Positions 20,259-29,422 of a stretch of 56,569 nucleotides of DNA are shown here, piece after piece. The stretch's first letter is position 1; each line of letters starts with the position of its first letter. The stretch spans positions 1-56,569 of the forward strand of contig DYDG01000001.1 in assembly GCA_020717845.1 (NCBI GenBank), read 5' to 3'. Source of the DNA: Marinifilum sp. (GTDB lineage Bacteria > UBA9089 > CG2-30-40-21). Made by a program: the position numbers and the translations under genes. Under the pieces are notes generated by a model. It ran no database searches. It had not been told where the DNA came from and saw nothing but the letters and a program-made list of their open reading frames with translations.

Positions 20259-21013
20259 AACGGCTTTTTCTCCGGCACACCCGTTCTCCTTGGATATTCA
20301 ATCGGTGTTTGTCTCACCTTTAACACCTTTATCAATACTCGTTTACTGCCATCTGGCAAAACCACACCTTTGAGAGCCTCAATCTCTCCCCCAAGCATCT
20401 GGATAACAGGCTCTGCCTCCCTTGCCTCAATCTCCCCTGTTTGCCCCTTCATAGCCAGGAAGCATCCATTTATCTTCACAAATGGCAAACAATACTCTGA
20501 CAGAATATTCATTTTTGCTACAGCCCGGGAAGTAACAAGGTCATATGCCTCTCGGTGCTCTTCAGATTGTCCACAATCCTCTGCCCTTCCCTCTAATATC
20601 TCAAATATCTCAAACTCACAACTATCCCTTAGCTTACCCCGCAGGGTATAGAGAAAGTTAAGATGCTTCTGACTGGCATCCAGGACAGTTAATTGTATCT
20701 CTGGCGAATATATCTTTAGAGGCACACCAGGAAATCCTGCCCCGCTCCCCACATCCAGCACCTTTGTCCCTGGGATTAAATTCACAGCCAGAACACAACT
20801 GAGAGAATCTAAAAAATGCTTGGTGATTATCTCCTGTTCATTCCGAATTCCAGTAATATTTACCCTTTGAGCCTCCTGTACAAGCAAGGAAAGATAGGAC
20901 ATAAGCTGATCAACATGGGTTTTGCTTAAGGCAATCCCCATTTGCTCTGCCTCTTGTTTTAATGCTTCAGCAGTATGTGTTGTGAACAAATAATTGCCTC
21001 CTGTTCCTGCCAA
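20255..21013 (-). CDS. rsmG: 16S rRNA (guanine527-N7)-methyltransferase RsmG (GidB)
   Basis: SAM-binding motif VLDVGSGAGFPGVPLKI and family-typical length. The start is uncertain (TTG 21013 or a nearby codon). Confidence 0.88.
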   Translation of the reverse strand: MAGTGGNYLFTTHTAEALKQEAEQMGIALSKTHVDQLMSYLSLLVQEAQRVNITGIRNEQEIITKHFLDSLSCVLAVNLIPGTKVLDVGSGAGFPGVPLKIYSPEIQLTVLDASQKHLNFLYTLRGKLRDSCEFEIFEILEGRAEDCGQSEEHREAYDLVTSRAVAKMNILSEYCLPFVKINGCFLAMKGQTGEIEAREAEPVIQMLGGEIEALKGVVLPDGSKRVLIKVLKVRQTPIEYPRRTGVPEKKPL

Positions 21014-21027
21014 TGGAAAACAACAGA

Positions 21028-21100
21028 CACAGGCTGGAAGCCTGTGCTACTCAAACAAGCTGGAAGCTTGTGCTACTATACAGACAGGCTGGAAGCCTGT
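21028..21100. repeat. Three tandem hairpins of the ACAGGC-TGGAA-GCCTGT type
   Basis: Located at 21028-21046, 21055-21071 and 21084-21100. The third one encodes the last residues and the stop of mnmG. Confidence 0.8.
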
Positions 21101-23022
21101 GCCTCTCTTCTCAATCTCTCTAAGTAAATCATCAACACTGAAATGTCTGACACCCGCACCCCTGATATCCTTGAAGCCTGACCAAGGGAAACAGGTCTTA
21201 TTGTCGAGAGCTTTTCCCTTGTTTCACGCGATAGAGCAATAACAGAACCGTAATCAAAATCTGGTGGGATGAGCCAGTTCTCCATACGCTTAAAATCCTG
21301 GATATGGGCTAATTGTCTCCTTATATACCCCTCATACTTTATCTCTATCTCCACCGCTTCCTTTATTTCAGGGGATAATTCCTCTTCTGGCACAACACTC
21401 TTAGCAGATAAAAAGCCCTCTACATCCTTATACGTTATCCCTGGATGCCGTAAAATCTGAGCAAGAGGGCAGGGTTCTTTTAATTCCCCCAATTTTTCTT
21501 CCAATTGGCTCCCGGACAACAAGAGATGAACAGTACTTGTCCTACCCTTGCCCTGCATAGCCGTAATGCGTTCTAATCTATCCCGTTCCCTGGCTATTAA
21601 AATCTTTTTCGTTAATAATCCCTGATATTGTTCCTCTGATATCAATCCAAACCCATATCCATATTCCATAAGCCTTTGATCCGCATTATCATGCCTCAGA
21701 AGTAATCTATACTCTGCCCTTGAGGTAAACATCCTATAAGGCTCTACTGTTCCCTTAGTAACTAAGTCATCGATCAAGACTCCGATATAGGCTTGAGACC
21801 TTTTAAGAATAAATGCCTCCTGCCCTCTGATCTTCAAGACAGCATTTATCCCAGCCATAAGCCCTTGTCCCGCAGCCTCTTCGTATCCAGAGGTGCCATT
21901 TATCTGCCCAGCAAGATACAGTCCCTCAATCAACTTTGTCTCAAGGATAGGTTTAAGCTGGGTTGGGAAAACAAAATCATACTCTATCGCATATCCAGCC
22001 TTAAGTATCCTGACCTCTTCCAATCCAGGAATAGTCCGCAGCATTTCTAATTGAACGTCCTCAGGCAGACTGGTAGAAAGCCCATTTAGGTAAAGCTCGT
22101 CTGTATCGCGCCCCTCTGGTTCAATGAACACCTGATGGCTCGTTTTTTCCGAAAACTTAACAAGCTTATCCTCAATGGAAGGACAATATCTTACCCCAGT
22201 TCCTTCAATCTTTCCGCCATAAAGTGGAGATTTATCAAGATTATCCCTGATTATCTTATGAGTTAACAGGGTAGTATGGGTAATGTAGCAAGGAACCTGC
22301 TCTCTTTCTATTCTTTTAGTAGAAAAGGAAAATGGTTTTGGTTCTTCATCCCCGTCTTGAACCTGAAGCCCAGAAAAATCAACGGTTTTTCTATCTATCC
22401 TGGGACTGGTTCCGGTTTTTAGCCTTCCCATGTTTAATCCCAAATTTTTAAGGGAGTTTGACAATTCCGTCGAGGCAAGCTCTCCAATCCTGCCGCCAGG
22501 AATAGAGTCTCCCCCTACATGAATCAATCCATTCAAAAAAGTACCTGTAGTAATAATCAATGCCTGCGTAGGATAAAAAACACTCTGGCTATCCTTGCCA
22601 GAGATATCCTGCTCTTGAGCCTTTATACCAACAACCATCGACCCTTCGACCAATATCTCTTCAACCAGGGCTTGCCGTATCTCCAGATTTTTCTGCGATT
22701 CCACTGCAGATCTGGCTGCAAGCTGGTATTGCCTTCTATCTGCCTGTGCACGGAGGGATCTAACCGACGGACCCTTCTTAGTATTAAGCATTCTAAACTG
22801 AATACCCGTCTTATCGATAAGCCTGGCCATCTCACCGCCAAGGCTGTCTATCTCCCGGACTATCTGACCCTTAGCCAGCCCGCCTATTGCTGGATTGCAG
22901 GACATCTGTCCAATAGTATCAATATTCATGGTTAACAAAAGGGTTTTCATCCCCATCCTGGCAGCCGCCAAAGCCGCCTCACATCCAGCATGTCCTCCTC
23001 CAACAACAATTATATCATGCAC
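21076..23022 (-). CDS. mnmG: tRNA uridine-5-carboxymethylaminomethyl modification enzyme MnmG (GidA)
   Basis: 648 aa with the FAD motif [12 protein letters not shown] and collinear GidA similarity. Confidence 0.96.
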   Translation of the reverse strand: MHDIIVVGGGHAGCEAALAAARMGMKTLLLTMNIDTIGQMSCNPAIGGLAKGQIVREIDSLGGEMARLIDKTGIQFRMLNTKKGPSVRSLRAQADRRQYQLAARSAVESQKNLEIRQALVEEILVEGSMVVGIKAQEQDISGKDSQSVFYPTQALIITTGTFLNGLIHVGGDSIPGGRIGELASTELSNSLKNLGLNMGRLKTGTSPRIDRKTVDFSGLQVQDGDEEPKPFSFSTKRIEREQVPCYITHTTLLTHKIIRDNLDKSPLYGGKIEGTGVRYCPSIEDKLVKFSEKTSHQVFIEPEGRDTDELYLNGLSTSLPEDVQLEMLRTIPGLEEVRILKAGYAIEYDFVFPTQLKPILETKLIEGLYLAGQINGTSGYEEAAGQGLMAGINAVLKIRGQEAFILKRSQAYIGVLIDDLVTKGTVEPYRMFTSRAEYRLLLRHDNADQRLMEYGYGFGLISEEQYQGLLTKKILIARERDRLERITAMQGKGRTSTVHLLLSGSQLEEKLGELKEPCPLAQILRHPGITYKDVEGFLSAKSVVPEEELSPEIKEAVEIEIKYEGYIRRQLAHIQDFKRMENWLIPPDFDYGSVIALSRETREKLSTIRPVSLGQASRISGVRVSDISVLMIYLERLRREAQASSLSV

Positions 23023-23130
23023 AATGCTACCTCATCCTTTATATCGGGTCTAAATACCTCTCTACAGACCATAAATCTCTCTGAATAATATTCAAGTATA
23101 CACTTTTTAACGCATTTTTGCAAGAAAAAA

Positions 23131-23160
23131 TTTCGACCTATTTCGATCTATTTTGACTCA
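23131..23160. promoter_or_regulatory. Three helically phased 10-bp direct repeats upstream of the acs promoter
   Basis: TTTCGACCTA / TTTCGATCTA / TTTTGACTCA read directly, ending 59 bp upstream of the -35 element. Confidence 0.4.
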
Positions 23161-23218
23161 TACAGCTAAACCTTAACACCCTCTCAACAAAAACTATCAT
23201 TAATCTGAAATTTTTTCA

Positions 23219-23247
23219 TTGACACAATCGAAAACTTGCTGTATAAT
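23219..23247 (+). promoter_or_regulatory. Consensus sigma70-type promoter of the acs cluster
   Basis: TTGACA (23219-23224), a 17-bp spacer and TATAAT (23242-23247), 61 bp upstream of ATG 23308. Confidence 0.6.
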
Positions 23248-23307
23248 TGAATATTTAATTGTAGGTTTACTATTCCTACGGACAATTTATCAAAACGAGG
23301 TGTAAAT

Positions 23308-24666
23308 ATGGAAACAGTAACACAGCTTTTAGAAGAGTATAAGATTCAGATCAGAGAGAATCAGTCCTATGGGATTGGCGGGCAGAATTGCTTTCCTTTT
23401 CATGCCTTTGAAGGCACCCTTCCTCATATGCCCAAGCTTGCTCTTGAGGTGTATGATACCCCGGATGAGGAATGGCCAGAGGCTGTGGCTGAGGTCTATC
23501 GGGATGTGTGGAACAATCCAGTTGAATGGGCAAAAACTGTTGAAGCTAAATATAAGCCTGATATGATCTGCTTGCAGCTTGCCAGCACAGACCCAATGGG
23601 TGATGATGCCTCTCCTGAAAAAGCAGCTGATATAGCTAAAAGCGTTGCTGAGGCAATAAGCCTGCCATTGATTGTCTATGGATGCGGAAATGCGGAAAAG
23701 GATGGCAAGGTATTAAAAAAGGTGGCTGAGGCATTAGCTTTCAAAAAATCACTTATCGGCCCAGTAGCAGAAGGGAATTATAATACAATTGGGGCAACCA
23801 TTCTGGCTTATGATCATTATGTTATTGCCCAAACACCAACAGATGTCAACCTTTGCAAACAGCTTAACATTCTTTTGTCCAACCTTGGAGTGTCTCTTGA
23901 CAAGATCATTATTGACCCTACCCCTTCTGCCCTTGGTTATGGGTTGGAATATACCTATTCTATCATGGAAAAGATCCGCTGTTCTGCCTTCCAGACCAAT
24001 GATGATAAACTGAATCTGCCAATGATCGGAAATATTGCCCGTGAGGTCTGGAAGATAAAAGAGGTAAAGATAGATGATCCGTGCATGGGGAATACCAAAA
24101 CACGAGGTATTATGTTTGAAGCAATGACAGCTATCTCATATATCCTTGCAGGTTCAGATATTGTGGTGCTCCGTCATCCACAGACACTGGCTTTGGTTAG
24201 AAAATGGCTGGCAGACATGTCTGGCACAAAGGCAGAGGTGAAAACCGAGCCGATAGGGGTTAGTAGTCAGGGATTAGAGGTGAGTTGTGAAAAGTTAGCA
24301 GATAAGAGCATAATGCAGGATACAGAAGCAGAATCAGTTAATGAAAATAAAATCGTCCAGTCTGCCTTCTCTGCCTTCCGCGAACTGGGTGAAGGGCTGG
24401 CAGGGGATGTGTATGCCGCAGCAATAGCCCTGGATCTGAAACAACATGGGCTTGAGCCTGAAAAGGATGTTCCATTAGCAATAACCTATAAGGGTGTAGA
24501 GATTGGACAGATTAAGAATAATATCCGTGTTGGCAATACCCTTGTGGTCATAGGCTGCAAGGATAAGAATATCCTGCATAATTACCTTGCATCACAAGGG
24601 CTGTCTTACGGAATAGGATTGTCGTTTGAAGAGACATTGAATATTGTTTACGCAGAAAGGGGGTAA
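23308..24666 (+). CDS. acsD: Corrinoid Fe-S protein small subunit (AcsD/CdhD delta-like) fused to a C-terminal degenerate GxxExxY module
   Basis: The first ~305 aa are collinear with AcsD/CdhD (DMICLQLASTDP, LPLIVYGCGN, IIDPTPSALGYGLEYTYS). Residues 345-452 carry the GxxExxY pattern (ELGEGLAGDVY...YKGVEIG...). Confidence 0.8.
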   Translation: METVTQLLEEYKIQIRENQSYGIGGQNCFPFHAFEGTLPHMPKLALEVYDTPDEEWPEAVAEVYRDVWNNPVEWAKTVEAKYKPDMICLQLASTDPMGDDASPEKAADIAKSVAEAISLPLIVYGCGNAEKDGKVLKKVAEALAFKKSLIGPVAEGNYNTIGATILAYDHYVIAQTPTDVNLCKQLNILLSNLGVSLDKIIIDPTPSALGYGLEYTYSIMEKIRCSAFQTNDDKLNLPMIGNIAREVWKIKEVKIDDPCMGNTKTRGIMFEAMTAISYILAGSDIVVLRHPQTLALVRKWLADMSGTKAEVKTEPIGVSSQGLEVSCEKLADKSIMQDTEAESVNENKIVQSAFSAFRELGEGLAGDVYAAAIALDLKQHGLEPEKDVPLAITYKGVEIGQIKNNIRVGNTLVVIGCKDKNILHNYLASQGLSYGIGLSFEETLNIVYAERG

Positions 24667-24680
24667 AAGGGTAACCGATT

Positions 24681-25061
24681 ATGGGAATGACACATGTAAC
24701 GGCTGCGGTGGTTAATCTGAGAGATCCAGAAAAACGTTGGGAAGAATTATTCCTTGTGGATACTGGTTCCATTGATTGTATGGCTCCTGGGAGATGTTTG
24801 CGAGAGATTGGGATTGAACCCAGTGGAAAACGGACATATGAGCTGGCTGATGGGACAGAAATAAAGATGGATATTGCTGCTGTCCAGATAGAGTTTATGG
24901 GCGAGATAGTTGGTGCAACCATAATCTTTGGCAAGGATGATGTAGAACCTATACTGGGTGTAACAGCTCTTGAGTCGGTTGGAATTGAGGTTGATCCTCA
25001 GAACCAGCGACTGAAACGGCTGCCTGCTGTTCGGTTGAAACGAGTTAAGGCTTCAGTTTGA
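24681..25061 (+). CDS. Retropepsin-like clan AA aspartyl protease (single DTG domain)
   Basis: 126 aa. LFLVDTGSIDCMAP active-site motif; ILGVTALESVG; size and pattern of single-domain bacterial/archaeal retropepsin-like proteins. Confidence 0.7.
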   Translation: MGMTHVTAAVVNLRDPEKRWEELFLVDTGSIDCMAPGRCLREIGIEPSGKRTYELADGTEIKMDIAAVQIEFMGEIVGATIIFGKDDVEPILGVTALESVGIEVDPQNQRLKRLPAVRLKRVKASV

Positions 25062-25084
25062 ACAATGCGTTAACAGAAAAGGTA

Positions 25085-25105
25085 ACACAAGCATCTTGCT
25101 TGTGT
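25085..25105. repeat. Hairpin ACACAAGCA-TCT-TGCTTGTGT
   Basis: Perfect 9-bp stem between the protease and the CODH-like gene. Related words occur at 51926-51941 and 52153-52160. Confidence 0.7.
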
Positions 25106-25177
25106 AGCTCTCAATCTGGAGCTGACTTGCGGACATATAAGATTGGAGAAAAGTTGGAGGAAAAATGGAGGAAAAAT

Positions 25178-26938
25178 ATGAAAAGCTTTACAGAACGATT
25201 AGCAAAACATAAAACCTGTCCCTTTTATGAAGAGGGTGCCTGCTGCCGGGCATGTTACATGGGTCCGTGCAGGATTACGGATAAGGCAAAAGAGGGTGTT
25301 TGCGGTGCCACAGATTCTACCATCTCTGCCAGAAACCTTGGCAGAATGGCTGCTGCTGGCGCATCATCCCTGTCTACAGCTGTTCTTTCTCTGTTAGACA
25401 GCCAGAAGAAAAAGGAATGGTTCTCCCCACAAGGGGAAAAGGGACTGGATCTGAGCAAGGTTCTACCTATAGAAAGGGTTAGCCTGCTCAATCGTCTGCA
25501 TCTTATCCCACGAAATATCCAGCGGGAGATAGTAGAGCTGCTTCATCGGGTCCACATGGGCGTTGACCAAGAGTGTGAACATATTCTTTTTCAAGTTCTT
25601 CGCATGAGCCTTGGCAGTGTGCTTTCATCTGCACTCCTGTCAGCAGACGAAAAGTCATCGATGGTCCATGTTGATACATCTGCACTTTCTCTGGAAAAGC
25701 CAAATGTTATCCTGTTTGGTAATGTCCAATTGAATGATGACAAGGTAAACACTGTCCGTGTAGATTCCTTGCTTAGCTTGGAGGTATTTCTTGCCTCTGG
25801 ACTGGTTGATGTGATATTTGCCGAACAGCTACCAGCATCTATCAACTATATATCTGCCTGTTATCATACTACTTGCGTCTCTGTTTCTTCAGAGGTTGTG
25901 GCTAAGGCAATCGAGAATCAGGTTAAACGCACTCAAGTCTTGAGTTTCAAGGGAACAGTCTCCCAGCCAAAGCTGTCAGCAGGAATACTTAAAAACGCCC
26001 TGATGGATTCAAGTATCCGTGGGATTGTCTGGCTTGCTGGATGTATAGACCCACGCCTTGAAGATAAAAGAAAGAAAATCGTCGAGGAATTGGTTGCTCA
26101 GGATATTCTGGTGATAGTTACTGGCTGTTCCATTAACCAGCTCATGGAGACTGGGCTGCTTCATCAGCCAGTTGCTCCGGTTGGTGGGTTTTTGAAGGAA
26201 TTTTGTGAGAAAACAGGTATCCCGCCAGTGGTCTATCTGGGAAGCTGCTTAAAAGAAGGGGCAGTCATCAGGCTGCTGAATGAGATAAGCAAGTCCGCAG
26301 CCATCGGAGATTTTTCGTCCTTGCCTGTAGGCTTGATCCTTCCCACATGGCGAAGCGAACGGAATATCTCCCTGATGCTTGGAGCCATTGCCTGCGGCAT
26401 AGCGGTTCAAGTTTCTTCCCCTCTTCCAATCAATTCAGAGGTGCGAGGGTTTTTAGAAAATAATTGCAATGAGATTATCCTTGGACATCTCCTGAAGAAT
26501 GATGTCCCTATCGTAGAATATATCAACCGCAAAAGAGAACGGTTGTCGCTTGCTTCATCCTTGAGCCTTTATATGCCAAAAACTTCTATCCTTAAAGATG
26601 ATCTGGATAAGGTGGCTGCGGCTGCATTTTCTGTATACAAGGAATTGGGACATGGGTTGTCTGTTGATATCTATAAAAACGCATTGGTTGTAGAATTGAA
26701 GCAGCTTGGGCTGCAAGCATCTATGGTAAAGGTGCCTATCACCTACCTTGGTTCCATAATCTCTGAGCAGGAGGAATTGCTGGTAGAAAATGCTGGCATA
26801 GTCTGCATAGGCAAGGATGCTGCTGTAAAAAAGCGGTTAAAAAAAGCTCTGACAGAGGCAAATAAGGAACAGGGGCTATATGTCATCTTTGATACGGAGA
26901 TGCTGAGGATAGGGCATATTGTATTGGCAAAAGGATAG
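25178..26938 (+). CDS. CODH (CooS)-like paralog with incomplete C-cluster ligands, fused to a C-terminal degenerate GxxExxY module
   Basis: The N-terminal Cys pattern CPF..GACCRACYMGPCRI...GVCGA is retained, as are GC(I)D, TGC and GSC. There is no HGH, GICCT or VDVQC equivalent. The last 113 aa follow the GxxExxY pattern. ATG 25178 has GGAGGA 8 nt upstream; the ORF track opens at 25058. Confidence 0.75.
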   Translation: MKSFTERLAKHKTCPFYEEGACCRACYMGPCRITDKAKEGVCGATDSTISARNLGRMAAAGASSLSTAVLSLLDSQKKKEWFSPQGEKGLDLSKVLPIERVSLLNRLHLIPRNIQREIVELLHRVHMGVDQECEHILFQVLRMSLGSVLSSALLSADEKSSMVHVDTSALSLEKPNVILFGNVQLNDDKVNTVRVDSLLSLEVFLASGLVDVIFAEQLPASINYISACYHTTCVSVSSEVVAKAIENQVKRTQVLSFKGTVSQPKLSAGILKNALMDSSIRGIVWLAGCIDPRLEDKRKKIVEELVAQDILVIVTGCSINQLMETGLLHQPVAPVGGFLKEFCEKTGIPPVVYLGSCLKEGAVIRLLNEISKSAAIGDFSSLPVGLILPTWRSERNISLMLGAIACGIAVQVSSPLPINSEVRGFLENNCNEIILGHLLKNDVPIVEYINRKRERLSLASSLSLYMPKTSILKDDLDKVAAAAFSVYKELGHGLSVDIYKNALVVELKQLGLQASMVKVPITYLGSIISEQEELLVENAGIVCIGKDAAVKKRLKKALTEANKEQGLYVIFDTEMLRIGHIVLAKG

Positions 26939-26972
26939 GTATTTGCAACAAAAAGGTAATGGAGGAGGAATT

Positions 26973-28901
26973 ATGTTTGAAGAGATAACTGTTTGTCCAG
27001 CTTCGCAGGCAATGCTACAAAAGGCAAAGGATGAAAATATCCGGACATGCTTTGACCGGATAAGTGATCAAAAAAGCTGTCCCTTTGGTGATTCAGGGGG
27101 ATGCTGTCGGGTTTGCAGTACTGGTCCATGTAGAATATCACCCAAAAAGGCTGATGAAGAAACAGGGCTTTGCGGTGCTTCAGCAGATGTTATTGCAGCC
27201 AAAAACTTTGTCCGTATGATTGCAGGCGGTGCATCTGCACATTCGGACCATGGACGGGGTGTGGCAGAAGTGCTGTTGTTGGCAGCTAAGGGAGAGATTC
27301 CCGGCTATACGATAAAGGATACAAAAAAACTCCTGATGCTCGCTGAGGTTTTTGAGATACCGACTGAGAATAGAAAGGCAGAGGATATTGCCATTGAGCT
27401 GGCAGAGAAGTGTCTGAATGAGTTTAGCAAGGATGAACCGCTTACCTTCCTGAAAAGGGCACCGCTAAACAGACAAAATTTATGGAAAGAAAAGGGTATT
27501 GCCCCAAGAGGGATTGATAAGGAAGTGGTTGAGTCCATGAGCATGACCTTGATGGGAAATTCCCTTGATTATAAAGAGATTATGAGAGCTGGGACACGTG
27601 CTGCACTCGCTGATGGCTGGGGCGGATCCATGATTGGGACTGAGCTTCAGGATGTCTTGTTTGGCACACCAAAACCTATACGGTCTAAGGTAAACCTGGG
27701 GGTGCTTAAAAAGGATGAGGTAAATATCATTGTTCATGGACATGAGCCGCTTCTTTCTGAGATAATCGTTATGGTGGCAAAGCAGCAGGATATGCTTGAT
27801 TATGCTAAAAAACATGGTGCCAGGGGCATTAATATTGCCGGTATATGTTGCACCGCCAATGAGGTCCTGATGCGTCATGGGGTTCCGCTTGCCGGCAACT
27901 TTATCCAACAGGAATTGGCTATCATTACCGGTGCTGTTGAGGCAATGGTGGTTGATGTCCAGTGTGTATTCCAGAGCCTGCCTCAGATAGCTCACTGTTA
28001 TCATACAAAGGTTATTACTACCAACAAAAGGGCAAAGATACCCGGAGCAGTTCACATTGAGTTTGATGAGCATGATGCTGTCCAGTCTGCAACTGAGATT
28101 ATCCGCATGGCTATTGAGAATTACCCAAAAAGGGATCAGATCAAGGTTGACATCCCTGATGAAGCCATTGACCTGGTAGCAGGGTTCTCCCATGAGACCA
28201 TAAACCACATGTTGGGTGGCTCATTCCGTGCCACCTACAGACCATTGAATGATGCCATCATTGATGGACGGATACGAGGCGTAGTAGGCATTGTTGGCTG
28301 CAATAATCCAAGGGTCCGGCATGATGATATTCATATTACCTTAGCCAAAGAGTTGATTGCTAAAGATGTGCTTGTTGTTTCAACAGGTTGTGCGGCTATG
28401 GCGTTTGGCAAGGCAGGACTACTGCTTCCAGAGGCAGCAAAATACGCAGGACCAGGTCTGGCTGAGATATGTGAGACAGTTGGTATTCCGCCAGTGCTTC
28501 ATTGCGGAAGCTGTGTGGATAACTCAAGGCTGCTGATTGCCGTAAGTGAGATAGCCCACATAGGCGGATTGGGTGATGATATAGGCGGGCTTCCTGCCTG
28601 TGGCTGTGCCCCTGAATGGATGAGCGAAAAGGCTATTGCCATTGGACAATACTTTGTTGCCTCTGGGGCACCGGTATTGTTTGGTGTAGGATTTCCGATT
28701 ACTGGCGGTGGGATGAAAGACCTGCTGTTTAAGGAATACTGGGATGAGTATACTGCTTTATGGGCTGTTGAGCCTGACCCGATCAAACAGGCAGAAATTC
28801 TTGTTAAATGGATTGATAATGCCCGTGAAAAATTAGGCATAAAGGAAAGACCTCCACGTGTGCTTTATGATATGGCTATGAGGAGGGAGTTGAAGTTTTA
28901 A
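26973..28901 (+). CDS. cooS: Anaerobic Ni-Fe carbon monoxide dehydrogenase catalytic subunit
   Basis: All signature motifs are present (CPFGDSGGCCRVCSTGPCRI, VHGHEP, GICCTANE, VDVQC, VGCNNP, STGCAA, GSCVDNSR). ATG 26973 has GGAGGAGG upstream. Confidence 0.93.
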   Translation: MFEEITVCPASQAMLQKAKDENIRTCFDRISDQKSCPFGDSGGCCRVCSTGPCRISPKKADEETGLCGASADVIAAKNFVRMIAGGASAHSDHGRGVAEVLLLAAKGEIPGYTIKDTKKLLMLAEVFEIPTENRKAEDIAIELAEKCLNEFSKDEPLTFLKRAPLNRQNLWKEKGIAPRGIDKEVVESMSMTLMGNSLDYKEIMRAGTRAALADGWGGSMIGTELQDVLFGTPKPIRSKVNLGVLKKDEVNIIVHGHEPLLSEIIVMVAKQQDMLDYAKKHGARGINIAGICCTANEVLMRHGVPLAGNFIQQELAIITGAVEAMVVDVQCVFQSLPQIAHCYHTKVITTNKRAKIPGAVHIEFDEHDAVQSATEIIRMAIENYPKRDQIKVDIPDEAIDLVAGFSHETINHMLGGSFRATYRPLNDAIIDGRIRGVVGIVGCNNPRVRHDDIHITLAKELIAKDVLVVSTGCAAMAFGKAGLLLPEAAKYAGPGLAEICETVGIPPVLHCGSCVDNSRLLIAVSEIAHIGGLGDDIGGLPACGCAPEWMSEKAIAIGQYFVASGAPVLFGVGFPITGGGMKDLLFKEYWDEYTALWAVEPDPIKQAEILVKWIDNAREKLGIKERPPRVLYDMAMRRELKF

Positions 28902-28966
28902 TCGTAAGGGACGGTTACAACCATTCCCTACGGATAGGCTGGAAGCAATTAGAGGAGGCTAAAAAC

Positions 28967-29359
28967 ATGCAATACGAAAAGGTTCTTGATGTTATGACCC
29001 GTGGGGTAATAGCTGTTCATCTTGACGATTCAGTACGCACCGTAGCTCAAACACTGAGCCAGAACAAGATACATGCTGTATCTGTGGTAACAAAGGATGG
29101 AGAGGTAGCCGGGGTAATCTCTGAGATAGATGTTATCGGTGCTATTGATGAAGACATCGATAACCTGAAGGCAGAGGATATCATGTGTTCTTCCTGTATC
29201 CGAACCATTACCCCGCAAAGCCCATTGATAGAGGCAGCAAAGATGATGCAAACAATGAAATGTCATCGGTTGTTGGTCATGGGCGAAGGCTCAAAAGATG
29301 ATGTAGCTGTAGGGGTATTGTCTGCAAGTGATATTGTCGCTGAAATGGCTAAGGAATAG
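28967..29359 (+). CDS. CBS-domain pair protein
   Basis: 130 aa with two CBS motifs (VMTRGVIAVHLDDSV...HAVSVV, IMCSSCIRTITPQSPL...HRLLVM). Confidence 0.8.
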   Translation: MQYEKVLDVMTRGVIAVHLDDSVRTVAQTLSQNKIHAVSVVTKDGEVAGVISEIDVIGAIDEDIDNLKAEDIMCSSCIRTITPQSPLIEAAKMMQTMKCHRLLVMGEGSKDDVAVGVLSASDIVAEMAKE

Positions 29360-29382
29360 AGCCGCAAGATATTGCGTCTCTA
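29357..29382. repeat. Second copy of the TAGAG(A/C)CGCAA-N5-TGCGTCTCTA hairpin
   Basis: TAGAGCCGCAAGATATTGCGTCTCTA, with one stem mismatch. It starts within the CBS-gene stop codon. Confidence 0.75.
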
Positions 29383-29422
29383 CAATTTTGTGGTCAATAA
29401 TTAATATTGGAGGTCTCGTAAT

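Noticed and set aside
21028-21100. Whether the arrays of short hairpins here, at 9869-9977 and at 51983-52083 could be CRISPR arrays
   Set aside because: There are only 2-3 units with no regular repeat-spacer periodicity. The units are themselves palindromic and vary in sequence, and no cas genes are in the window.
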